A DNA stretch of 64,000 nt from a virus (Duplodnaviria; Caudoviricetes), in IMG/VR virus record IMGVR_UViG_3300031760_000050, positions 3,744 to 67,743 of that record. The stretch is one strand, 5' to 3'. Made by a program: the position numbers and the translations under genes. Shown in pieces: positions 48,660 through 58,173 of this stretch. The first letter of the stretch is position 1. Each line of letters begins with the position of its first letter. The notes under the pieces were generated by a model. That model did not search any database. It saw only the letters and a list, made by a program, of their open reading frames with translations, and was not told where the DNA came from.

Positions 48660-51600
48660 ATGGCTAAAGACGATTTTGACGATTTTGGCATGGATATGGA
48701 CTTTGATATGGATTTGTCAAAAGAAACCCCTTCCGAAACCAAGCATAGCTTCTTCAAAGACCTCGCATCCGGATTTATTGAGGGTGCTGTAGGCAAGATG
48801 GATGAGTACCTCCCTGCCGCTGCAGACACGCGTCATTCTATGGATGAAATGCGTGAAACTATGAGAAACCAGCGCGATGTAATACGCCAGAATATGAATA
48901 AAGTTGGCGAAGTTCTCCAGAAAGGAGTTATCGACAACGTTCGTGAGACGTTCAAAACTATCAAGAGTTCAAAGAACTTAAAAGACGTTATCACAAACCT
49001 TGATACTGGCTTAAATAAGATTCGTAAAGATTTGGCGTACGCCATTGATGCTGATACAGCAGCTTCCCTTGATGACGAGGCGATGAATGATGACCTCGAC
49101 TTTAGCTCATCTACTCCTGCAGCTACAGGAACACAAGTTAGTGCTGGTAAGAGTACATCTATGCCGAGCACCGATGCTGAAACCCGTCTGCGTAACGAGA
49201 AACTTGGACTTGACCCGAACTTTGGCATTCAACCAGAGCAGGGTGGTTATAGTGGAACTACTGTAATTAATAAGCATATCGTTACGAATAAGACGCCTCA
49301 GGCTACAAAGGGTGATATGCTGAAGATTAATGCAGAGCAGCTTTTCAATACTGCTCTGCGTGAGACAATCATTTCATCTTCTTCGCAACTCATTGCCAAT
49401 AACGTAAAACTTTTCAAAGAACAGGTTGTGTTGGATAACCAGCGCCACATCGAGAAGATGAACGTTATGCAGCATATTGCTGAGTCTGTTGATAAGAGCG
49501 CACGTATTTTCGCTGAACAGATTGCTCCGAAACAGGCTGAGATGACCGAGAAAGTCAAAAAGATGGAAGTTCAGCTCACTGACCTTATTGCGCTCGAACG
49601 TGACTCAAATACGTTTGATTCTTTGCGTTCTGATAACTCGAAGAAGACACGTGCTAAACGTATTACTGACTTCACATCTTCAGGAGCTATTGATATTGGT
49701 GGATTATATTCTCACATGAGCGAGCAGCTTAAAGAATCTGCCAATAATATGGGTCTTGATATGATTCTCGGCATGAAAGATATGCTTCCGATGATGCTTA
49801 TGGGTGGAGGTAGAACTTCACTTGGTAAATTAATCGGTAAGGGTGCTGGAACCGTAGCAATGATGCCGTTCAAAGAAACTCTCGGTAAACTCAACGATAG
49901 GCTTGAAACGTTCGTTCCTGACATGATGATGAAAGGACTTCAGTACATGAAGGACAAAGGAGGAATCCTTGGTTCTATTGCTGAAATGAGTGGTATTAAG
50001 ACCGGTACTGATAAAACAGTGTCGTTTGAGAAAAGAAATCGTCGTACAAACTTCGATATGGTTACTCGTACCGCTATCACTGAAGTTATTCCTGGATACT
50101 TGGCAAAGATTTACTCTGCAGTTTCTCATACTGAGGAGCTTGCGTTTGATTATAAGAATCTTCGTTTCACTGGAGCAAAGCAGCTCCGTCAGGAAAATGA
50201 CCGTGAAATTCGTAATGCTGGTATGATGAGTATGTCCGGTACCAAACATGATATACTCAATGCTGGTAAAGAGAATAAAGCTCTCGGATTGCAGGAATTG
50301 ATTATAGACCAAGATGAGTTAGATAAGATTCTGGTAAACATCGTGTCTTCTGGAAGACACTTTGACCCAACTCATATCAATGAAGAACTCGTATTCAAGG
50401 GCGTAAATAAAGCTGCACAAGAGAACTTCAAACGAATGCTGAAGCGTATGCCTCGTCAAGAGTTGGAGAAGCTCAACATCAACGCATCTCATGCGAGAGC
50501 CTCAAGAGACCGTGTCCTTGAGGAAAAGGGTATTGAACTTCAAGAATATGGAATGACTCAGCAGCTTAGCAAAGGAAATATTGACAACCAGATTGCAGAC
50601 CTTAAACGCAAGAAGTGGAACCTTGATAATATCAACGGTGCTAACGGCGGATTGAACGTTCGTAACACTGAAGAGTACATGAAGAAGCTCAAGGAAAATG
50701 CCGAGATTGATAAGCAAATCAAAGAACTTGAGTTGACAAAACTTCAGAGTGCCGACAAAGAAAAGGTTTCAAATGCAGCAGATAATTACACATCAAAGAT
50801 TTACGATTTGCTGTTAAATGGTATCGTTGTTTACTCACAGCCACTCGGAAAGAATGAAAAACGTAAGCTGAAAGAATTGCGTAACCAGCGTTCAGAAGAG
50901 ATATCTTCAGAATTGAAGGCTAAACAGGCTCGTGAAGCTAAGCAAAAAGACCTTGACGATGCTATTAAGCAGTACCATGATTTTGCTGCTCAGAATGAGT
51001 ACGATTTGTACGATGCTGTAACAGGTTATCGTGAGAACCATAATAAAGCATTCATTTCAAGATTCGACGACATCTTCGGCGGTCGTGTTGGTAAGTTCTT
51101 AAATAAAGCGTCTGGTGGTAAACTTGATGTCTTTAGACAGAGCGATACTTACAAGAAATGGCAGGAGTTCAATAATAAGGTTACTGGCGGTATCAATAAG
51201 CTTACACAGAGTATAGACGACGGTACTCTTGGAGAGACTATTAAGAATACTGCTGAAAATGCTTATTCTGGTCTTATGCGTGCTGCTGGTGGCAACGCCG
51301 GTGGTGGAGCTCTTCTCCCGAGAGTATTCAATAAAGCTAAAGAAGCGATTTCTGAAGCTATAGCTCCAAAGGGATTCAAAGATTCTGAAAATGTACCTGC
51401 TCCTGCTGCTGAACCACAGCTCGAAACTACGAAACCTGCGACACAGACTACTGGTCTTATGCGTGCTGCTGGTGGCAACGCCGGTGGTGGAGCTCTTCTC
51501 CCGAGATTTCCAGTAAATGGTACAGCTGCTCTTAAACCTGAGTATGCAGAACCTACTACAGAAGAACTTGAGTTCGAGAAGAATAAGCAACTTATGATTC

Positions 51601-54600
51601 AGAGAACTAAGGTCAACGACATCCGTGATTCTCTCATGAAAACTATCGGTATGACGCCTGAGAAGGTTAAGAAAGTTGAGGCTTTCGTTGAAAAGACAAA
51701 GAGTCTCATGGAGCCCGATAAGATTCGTGAAGAGATTGCAAAGTTCACTGAAACGTTTGGTAAAGATGACCATACTCCTGTCGCTAATACAATGCGTATT
51801 CTCAAGATGACGCCGGATATGACTGCAGAAGCAGTTGCTGCGAAAATCGAAGAGAATAAACGTATTGACAAAGCGATTGCTGATGAAATGGATTTGGCTG
51901 TTGCTAAGCAGAAAGTCATTCTCAGATACCGTGGAGCACTCGAAGAAAAGATTTTCAATATCGAACACAATAACCTCACCAACTCTCTGGTTCGTATGTA
52001 CTCTAAAGACGCACAAATGCAGTTCCAGAAAGACATCAAAGATATTCAGAACGCAACGTCTGTTGAGGAGATCCAGAATATCATTCACAAGCAGGTCAAG
52101 AACGAAGAAGATTTGAAGAAATTCGAAACGTTCTCTGATGATGAGATGAAAGAAGTCAATATTCGAGCCAAGAACTCTCTGAATAAGAAGTATGGACGTG
52201 AAATTGATACTTCTATCGACGATGAGAAGATTCGTGCTGAAATCGCAGCTAAGCATAGCGGTGGAAAGGCCTTCAAGAATAAGTATGATGCAAAAGAAGA
52301 ACAGAAATTGCTCTATGAAATCATTGAAGAAAAAGGTGAATCAGCATTGTCTCCTGAATCTCGTGCACGTTTGCGTAAGAGCTACAAATATGGATTCATG
52401 GGTGGAATCGCCGCAAAGTTCAACGATACAGTTGATAGTCTGAACCGTTTTATCTTTGGTGAAAATAAACGTCAGCTTCAGAAGGGCACCAAGAATATCG
52501 CAAATATGCTTATGTCTGGAGTTAAGGGGCTTCCTGCAAAGATGTCTCAGTATATCTTTGGTGGAAAGGATGGCCCTGGACTACTTCAGAAACTTGCTGT
52601 TCCTATGCTAAAAGGTATGGAGAATGTAAGGCACGAGGTCGTTGATAAACTCATCAATCCATTCAAATCAGTTGGTACTGAGCTTAAACGTTCAGTTGGT
52701 TGGTTTGCACGTGATGTAGTCTCAAACGTTGGTGATAGAATCACTCAGATATTCGGTACAAAGCGTGATAGGGCAATGCGTCGCGTTGAACGCAATAAAC
52801 GTATCGCTGAAAAACTCAGAAACTGGAATGCTGAACGTCAAGCTGAAGGTAAGGGTGCTGTAGGTGGAATGCTTGCAGGAAAACTTGCCGACGTTATCTC
52901 TGGAACTGCAAAGTTCGGTGGTAAGTTAACTTCAATCCCAATGTCTATGGTTTCTAACGCTGCGCTTAAGTCGTCTACTAAACGTATGAAGAATATGCTT
53001 GCTGCCGGTCGCATATCTCAGGAAGAGTACGACGATTGGATTACACAGCAGGATGTAAATCGTACCGAAGAAGATAAGAAACACGAAGCAAATCAGAAAG
53101 CTATCGAAGCATATTCTCAGCGTCTTAACGTTGACCGTATTCAGGATGAAAAACTGAAGAATCAGATTGCTAACTACGACAAAGAGTTTGGTGATTTGAG
53201 TAAACGTGCTAACGAAATGACTTGGGAAGAACTCAAAGCTGACAAAGAACGTGCTCGTGCTCAGGCTGCGAAGAACCGTATCAAAATCGAACGTGGTGAA
53301 AAGCTCACTGAAGAAGAACAGATGGCTGCGCTTACTGTCAAGGAGCAGATGTGGCGTAAACAAGATGACTACGCACGTAAGATTAAGGAAGAAATGGAGC
53401 GTCAGGATAAAACCCGCGATATCGAAGAATTTAATATGGCGAAAGAACGCACTGGAGCTGTAAATAAGATTCTCGACTTCCTTCATGGTTGGTCCGATAA
53501 GCAGGATAAAGAACGCGAAGAGTATCTCGAAGACAAGAGACATGAAGAAGCTCAGGCGAAGATTGCTCACGATAATGCTGTTGACCCATTCACTACAGGT
53601 AAGCGTAGTCTTGATGTAGATGGAATTGGTACTATAACCAATAAAGGTGGACAGATAGAGCGTATCGTTCAGAAAGCTACAAGCCCGAGTTATGGTCTTA
53701 CTCTTGGAGAAAAAGGTCTTGAAAGAGCAATAGCTATAGCTACAAAAGCAGCTAACGCAAATTATCCTGGAGCAAAAGAAGCTCTCAGTAACCTAGAATC
53801 GTCTCGTGCTCAGATTGAGCAGGGTATGGATAAAGCTCCTCGCACAAAAGAAGGCTATCACGTTTCAAGTGTAGATTCTTCTATAGCGTCACAGATTTAC
53901 AAGAAAACTGCTGGACGTTTTGTAACTGCTGGCGAAGCATTCAAAGAAGGTGGTCTTGTAGGTCTCGCTAAGGCTGGAGCAAAAGGTATTGCAAACGACG
54001 TTAAAGACATCGCAGCAGTTCCTTTCCAAACTATCGGTTCTGCAGCTGCTACTACTCGTAATATACTCATTGGAAATAAAGGCGAAGATGGTCATTATCA
54101 CGGTGGACTAAAAGATAAGATTTACACTACTGGTATCGGTATGCGTAACGCTATCGACGATATGAGAACAGCTGTCAAAGAAGACGGAACTACTCATGTT
54201 ATCGGCGGTGGTATAAAGAGTCTTATGTTTGGACGTAAACGAGATTCTCAGACAGGACTCGTTGAAGGTTCTCGTGCTGATATGCTTATGGACAAGAAAA
54301 AAGATTTACCTGAACAGCAGCTCACTCAGCTCGAAGAAATCAAAGAAACCATTACTGGTATGCGTGATGAGTTTACTGAACGTGATGACCGTGACCAGAA
54401 AGAAAAGAAGAAATCCAAGAAAGAGAAAATGAAGGAAGGATTCGGAAAGGTTCTTGACTTTGCCAAGAAGTGGGGATTACCTACGCTCGGTCTTGGAGCT
54501 GGTGCAGCTAGTTTGGCTGCCGGTGGAATTGGATTGGCTAACTGGGGTAAGAATATCTTTAGAAGAACTAAGGAAGAAGGTATTACTGGATTCCTCGGTG

Positions 54601-57600
54601 AAGCTACTGGTATTGATAGCTCTGGGGATTCAAGATTTAACTCTGACGGCACATATAAAACCAAGTTCCAGATGGCTAAAGACCGTTTTAAGGCTGGTCG
54701 TTGGTTGGTAGGCAAGCACGGCGCTAAACTCGCGGTAAATCTCGTGAAGAAAAATGGTGGTAAACTCGGTAAAAACTTTGCTGAGCTTGGTGCTAAGATT
54801 GGTGGTAAGGTTGCAAAAACTGGTGCTGGAACCGTTCTCAAGAAGAGTGCTGGTAGAATCATTAGTACAATCACAGCTTTCCTTTCAAAGCCGAGCATTG
54901 CGAAGCATTTGCCAAAAGGTGCTGTCAAACACATCGCCGACGTTGTAGGTAAGAAAGCTATTCAAGAAGCTGGAAAAGGAGCCGCTAAAGGCGCTGCGAA
55001 AACCCTGTTGAAGAACGTTGCTGGTTTTGTTACTGGCGGCGGATTGACAGCTGCGCTTGCTGCTGCAGACTTCGTATCAGGTATGCACGATGCTCCGAGG
55101 TACTTCAAAGTAAGTAAAGGAATGAAGATTACTGCAAAGATGAGAGTAACAGCCGGTCTTTGTAAGGCTCTTACAAACTTACTCTTTGGTATCATTCCTG
55201 CAGACTGGTTGACTAAAACTATCTACAACTTGATTGCTACAGACGAAGAAAAACAAGACCTCGAACAGGGACAGCAGGATTTAGTATCGAGAGCTTACAA
55301 TCTTGGTGCTGACGTTGACCCTACACGTCTCAACGAACTTGAAAATAAGACACTAGGTAAAAAGTTCTTCAATCTCTTCAAGAGCAAAAATAAGATTGAA
55401 GCTGAAGAAGCCAAGCTTATGGGCATGGATATTGAAAGATACCGTGAGTTCAAGAAGGATTATGACGCTCAGCTCGAAAGACTCAAGAACGACAAAGACG
55501 CAATGAATAAAATCGAGGGTGAAAACTTTGAGAAGGGTATGAAAAATGGTGAACTCGGAACTTCCAATCTTGTGACTGGACCGGGCGGAGTCATTATGAA
55601 TAACCCTGATAAAAAGAGTGATAAACAGATTGCTCTTGATAAACTCAAAGAAGGAACTCCTATTGAGGTTAAAGGTGTTGGTGAAGTAAAGAACGACGAT
55701 ATCGTTAATGCAATGAAAGACTCCGTGAATCTCGATAAGGTAAAGATGATGTCTACCAAGACATACAATACCAAGAAGAAGATTCTCGAAGAAGCTGTTA
55801 AGATGGAATATCCTGGGGCAAAAGATGCGCTTGATGCGTTGAAGTCGTCTTACAAGAAGGAAGCTATCAAGAACGTTGCTAAAGCTGCACTGATAGGCGG
55901 TATTCCGAGACTTCTGTTTACAGAGTGGAAGAAACGTAAAGGCGAGCAAAATGAAATCGAACTTCACAATATCGAATCTGGAAAAGATATAGACCTTGGT
56001 AATGGAATTATCGTAAATAAAGCTTCGCTTGATTCATCAATTCAGGCTTCTCAAAACGAGGATGCTCTTGGAGAGATGGATAGAAAGGCACGAATGAATC
56101 TCTTGAAAGTGCTGCGTAAAGGTTCTGAGATTAAATATCCGGGAGCTGACGAAGCGTACAAGAAAGTTCGAAGTTTTCAGCGTCAGAAATCTTGGGATGC
56201 TGCTAAAGCAAAACTCAAGGATGTTGGTAAATCCGTATGGAACGGTGCCAAGAAAGTTCTCGGAGTAGCTGCGACGATCACAGGTGCTAAACAGCTGTGG
56301 AATGCTGGTAAGTTCCTTGTAAAAGGTGCTAGTAAAGCTATTGGAATTGGAATGGGTGCCGTTGCCAAGTTTGCAAGCGAAGGTGGAAACAAAGTAAAAG
56401 AAGGTGTAAAAGAAGCACTTACTAAAGCCGGTGAAATCAAGGATAAAGTTTTTGGTAAAGTATCCGATGCTGTTCATGCAATGGGTGAGGGTATCTCAAA
56501 TGGTCTCGGTAAGGCTGGAGACTTCTTCAAAGGAATCTTCTCTAGTCTCACAAACTTCTTCAAGGACAAATGGGAGAAAATCAAAAACTGGGGTAAGAAT
56601 CTCATTGAGGGTGCAAAAGACTTCAAGAACGACCCTATTGGTTTTATGAGTAAGAAAGCCGCGAGTCTTAAAGATGCTGTAGCTGATAAGATTGAAGGTG
56701 TGAAGAACTCTGCGATTGTACGCAAGGGAGCTTCAATGCTTAGTACTGCTACTAACTTCTGGAATAACTCCAAAGTTGGTTCTGCTGTAAATGCTACGCT
56801 TAGCGAAATCCAGAAAAAAGGATTAGCGAAGTGGGCGTTCGGTAAGATAAAAGGTGCTGGTGATGCAGTCAAGCAGTTCTGGAGCAATCGTAAGAAAACT
56901 CAGAACGAGATTGATTCAGCATTACGTTCGGACCCTCAGTCAGTTATAGCATTAGCTTCGCAGATTACAGGTGGTATAAAAGGTCAGACAAAAAACATTG
57001 GTGCGTTGAGCCCTGAAATGGCTAAGCGTGTTAATGCATTCTTGAACGACCCGAGAGTTAAAGGACGGGGCGTAAGCATTCGCGAAAGCGTACGTTCACC
57101 TGCAGTTCAGCTCGCGTACTACTCAAAGTCTCGTGCAAGCAAAGATACAACCGACCAGCTTATGAAAATCGCAGGATTCCCTGCAGGTGCTAAGTTCTGG
57201 GGCGGTGAAGTTAGTAATCCTGTAACTTGGACGATTGCATCAAATCACTTTGATGGAAATGCAGTTGATCTTGAGCCTGGAAAGATTGGCTACGATAGGC
57301 TTGGTAAGATTGCTAAAGAATACGGTCTTGAATGGGGTGGAGATTGGGCAGGCCATGCTGATAAGCCTCACTTCCAGTTAGACAAGAACGTAAAGAATAT
57401 CGTTGATGATGCTTGGAGGGTAGACCAGCCAGCAAGTGCAGGTTCACCTATTGAATCTAGTTCTTTACAGACTGAGACAAAAGGTGGAACTCCTATTACA
57501 CAAGCTGCTGCTGATATAGGTCAAGCAACAACTACAACTGCTCAGTTGGATATGTCTGCTAACAAACAGGCAGTTCCTGCGCCTACACAGCCTGCTGTAA

Positions 57601-58130
57601 ATACATCGGATTCTGCTGGTGGTTCAAGTGCTGATGTTGGTAGTGTGGTAAGCAATACTGACGCTGCTATTGAAACCGCTAACTATTCAACTGTGAAGAA
57701 AGTTGAAGACCTTACTCAAACAAACGACCCATTGACTTCAAATCTCAGTAGCATGGCTGAACAGGCTAGTACAGCTGCTAAGACCGCTGAATCAATGGAT
57801 ACAAATACTCAAGCAACTCAAGCAAACACGGATGCGATGAATCGGTTGGCTGCTGCTATGGAACAGCAAAACGAACTCAACAAAACGATTGCTGAATCTG
57901 CAAGTTCTAATAACAGTAAACGTCGTGTAAGCTTTGAGGAACTTTCTGCAGAAGCTGATAAACTTGCTCGTAAACGACTTGAAGGTCAGCGTCCTACTAC
58001 TAGAGCAGCGCAATTCTCAGACCCTGAGTATGCGAAACTTTGGCATGAGATGCAAGCACCTGCTGGAAATATCGGTCAAGCATTGGTTGACGCAGAATAT
58101 GTCAGACGATACTCTGACGTTGCATCGTAA
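48660..58130 (+). CDS. Tape-measure-like protein, 3156 aa, with C-terminal M15 (L-Ala-D-Glu) peptidase
   Basis: Long helical K/G/A-rich chain after tube gene; ESVRS, SNHFDGNAVDL, GLEWGGDW, DKPHFQL. Confidence 0.8.
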   Translation: MAKDDFDDFGMDMDFDMDLSKETPSETKHSFFKDLASGFIEGAVGKMDEYLPAAADTRHSMDEMRETMRNQRDVIRQNMNKVGEVLQKGVIDNVRETFKTIKSSKNLKDVITNLDTGLNKIRKDLAYAIDADTAASLDDEAMNDDLDFSSSTPAATGTQVSAGKSTSMPSTDAETRLRNEKLGLDPNFGIQPEQGGYSGTTVINKHIVTNKTPQATKGDMLKINAEQLFNTALRETIISSSSQLIANNVKLFKEQVVLDNQRHIEKMNVMQHIAESVDKSARIFAEQIAPKQAEMTEKVKKMEVQLTDLIALERDSNTFDSLRSDNSKKTRAKRITDFTSSGAIDIGGLYSHMSEQLKESANNMGLDMILGMKDMLPMMLMGGGRTSLGKLIGKGAGTVAMMPFKETLGKLNDRLETFVPDMMMKGLQYMKDKGGILGSIAEMSGIKTGTDKTVSFEKRNRRTNFDMVTRTAITEVIPGYLAKIYSAVSHTEELAFDYKNLRFTGAKQLRQENDREIRNAGMMSMSGTKHDILNAGKENKALGLQELIIDQDELDKILVNIVSSGRHFDPTHINEELVFKGVNKAAQENFKRMLKRMPRQELEKLNINASHARASRDRVLEEKGIELQEYGMTQQLSKGNIDNQIADLKRKKWNLDNINGANGGLNVRNTEEYMKKLKENAEIDKQIKELELTKLQSADKEKVSNAADNYTSKIYDLLLNGIVVYSQPLGKNEKRKLKELRNQRSEEISSELKAKQAREAKQKDLDDAIKQYHDFAAQNEYDLYDAVTGYRENHNKAFISRFDDIFGGRVGKFLNKASGGKLDVFRQSDTYKKWQEFNNKVTGGINKLTQSIDDGTLGETIKNTAENAYSGLMRAAGGNAGGGALLPRVFNKAKEAISEAIAPKGFKDSENVPAPAAEPQLETTKPATQTTGLMRAAGGNAGGGALLPRFPVNGTAALKPEYAEPTTEELEFEKNKQLMIQRTKVNDIRDSLMKTIGMTPEKVKKVEAFVEKTKSLMEPDKIREEIAKFTETFGKDDHTPVANTMRILKMTPDMTAEAVAAKIEENKRIDKAIADEMDLAVAKQKVILRYRGALEEKIFNIEHNNLTNSLVRMYSKDAQMQFQKDIKDIQNATSVEEIQNIIHKQVKNEEDLKKFETFSDDEMKEVNIRAKNSLNKKYGREIDTSIDDEKIRAEIAAKHSGGKAFKNKYDAKEEQKLLYEIIEEKGESALSPESRARLRKSYKYGFMGGIAAKFNDTVDSLNRFIFGENKRQLQKGTKNIANMLMSGVKGLPAKMSQYIFGGKDGPGLLQKLAVPMLKGMENVRHEVVDKLINPFKSVGTELKRSVGWFARDVVSNVGDRITQIFGTKRDRAMRRVERNKRIAEKLRNWNAERQAEGKGAVGGMLAGKLADVISGTAKFGGKLTSIPMSMVSNAALKSSTKRMKNMLAAGRISQEEYDDWITQQDVNRTEEDKKHEANQKAIEAYSQRLNVDRIQDEKLKNQIANYDKEFGDLSKRANEMTWEELKADKERARAQAAKNRIKIERGEKLTEEEQMAALTVKEQMWRKQDDYARKIKEEMERQDKTRDIEEFNMAKERTGAVNKILDFLHGWSDKQDKEREEYLEDKRHEEAQAKIAHDNAVDPFTTGKRSLDVDGIGTITNKGGQIERIVQKATSPSYGLTLGEKGLERAIAIATKAANANYPGAKEALSNLESSRAQIEQGMDKAPRTKEGYHVSSVDSSIASQIYKKTAGRFVTAGEAFKEGGLVGLAKAGAKGIANDVKDIAAVPFQTIGSAAATTRNILIGNKGEDGHYHGGLKDKIYTTGIGMRNAIDDMRTAVKEDGTTHVIGGGIKSLMFGRKRDSQTGLVEGSRADMLMDKKKDLPEQQLTQLEEIKETITGMRDEFTERDDRDQKEKKKSKKEKMKEGFGKVLDFAKKWGLPTLGLGAGAASLAAGGIGLANWGKNIFRRTKEEGITGFLGEATGIDSSGDSRFNSDGTYKTKFQMAKDRFKAGRWLVGKHGAKLAVNLVKKNGGKLGKNFAELGAKIGGKVAKTGAGTVLKKSAGRIISTITAFLSKPSIAKHLPKGAVKHIADVVGKKAIQEAGKGAAKGAAKTLLKNVAGFVTGGGLTAALAAADFVSGMHDAPRYFKVSKGMKITAKMRVTAGLCKALTNLLFGIIPADWLTKTIYNLIATDEEKQDLEQGQQDLVSRAYNLGADVDPTRLNELENKTLGKKFFNLFKSKNKIEAEEAKLMGMDIERYREFKKDYDAQLERLKNDKDAMNKIEGENFEKGMKNGELGTSNLVTGPGGVIMNNPDKKSDKQIALDKLKEGTPIEVKGVGEVKNDDIVNAMKDSVNLDKVKMMSTKTYNTKKKILEEAVKMEYPGAKDALDALKSSYKKEAIKNVAKAALIGGIPRLLFTEWKKRKGEQNEIELHNIESGKDIDLGNGIIVNKASLDSSIQASQNEDALGEMDRKARMNLLKVLRKGSEIKYPGADEAYKKVRSFQRQKSWDAAKAKLKDVGKSVWNGAKKVLGVAATITGAKQLWNAGKFLVKGASKAIGIGMGAVAKFASEGGNKVKEGVKEALTKAGEIKDKVFGKVSDAVHAMGEGISNGLGKAGDFFKGIFSSLTNFFKDKWEKIKNWGKNLIEGAKDFKNDPIGFMSKKAASLKDAVADKIEGVKNSAIVRKGASMLSTATNFWNNSKVGSAVNATLSEIQKKGLAKWAFGKIKGAGDAVKQFWSNRKKTQNEIDSALRSDPQSVIALASQITGGIKGQTKNIGALSPEMAKRVNAFLNDPRVKGRGVSIRESVRSPAVQLAYYSKSRASKDTTDQLMKIAGFPAGAKFWGGEVSNPVTWTIASNHFDGNAVDLEPGKIGYDRLGKIAKEYGLEWGGDWAGHADKPHFQLDKNVKNIVDDAWRVDQPASAGSPIESSSLQTETKGGTPITQAAADIGQATTTTAQLDMSANKQAVPAPTQPAVNTSDSAGGSSADVGSVVSNTDAAIETANYSTVKKVEDLTQTNDPLTSNLSSMAEQASTAAKTAESMDTNTQATQANTDAMNRLAAAMEQQNELNKTIAESASSNNSKRRVSFEELSAEADKLARKRLEGQRPTTRAAQFSDPEYAKLWHEMQAPAGNIGQALVDAEYVRRYSDVAS
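51268..51506 (+). repeat. Exact 56-bp direct repeat (51268-51323 and 51451-51506) inside the tape-measure gene
   Basis: ctggtcttatgcgtgctgctggtggcaacgccggtggtggagctcttctcccgaga twice; encodes GLMRAAGGNAGGGALLPR. Confidence 0.95.
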
Positions 58131-58132
58131 TC

Positions 58133-58173
58133 AAAAAATAAAGTCTCCCGGGCTTAAGCCCGGGAGTTCTTTT
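58133..58173. terminator. Bidirectional terminator between TMP and ligA
   Basis: ctcccgggc-ttaa-gcccgggag. Confidence 0.88.

Noticed and set aside
51099-52256. 385-aa minus-strand ORF, and the other long antisense or alternate-frame ORFs in the track
   Set aside because: Shadows of strongly biased sense genes; no SD or promoter, F/L/S-rich composition
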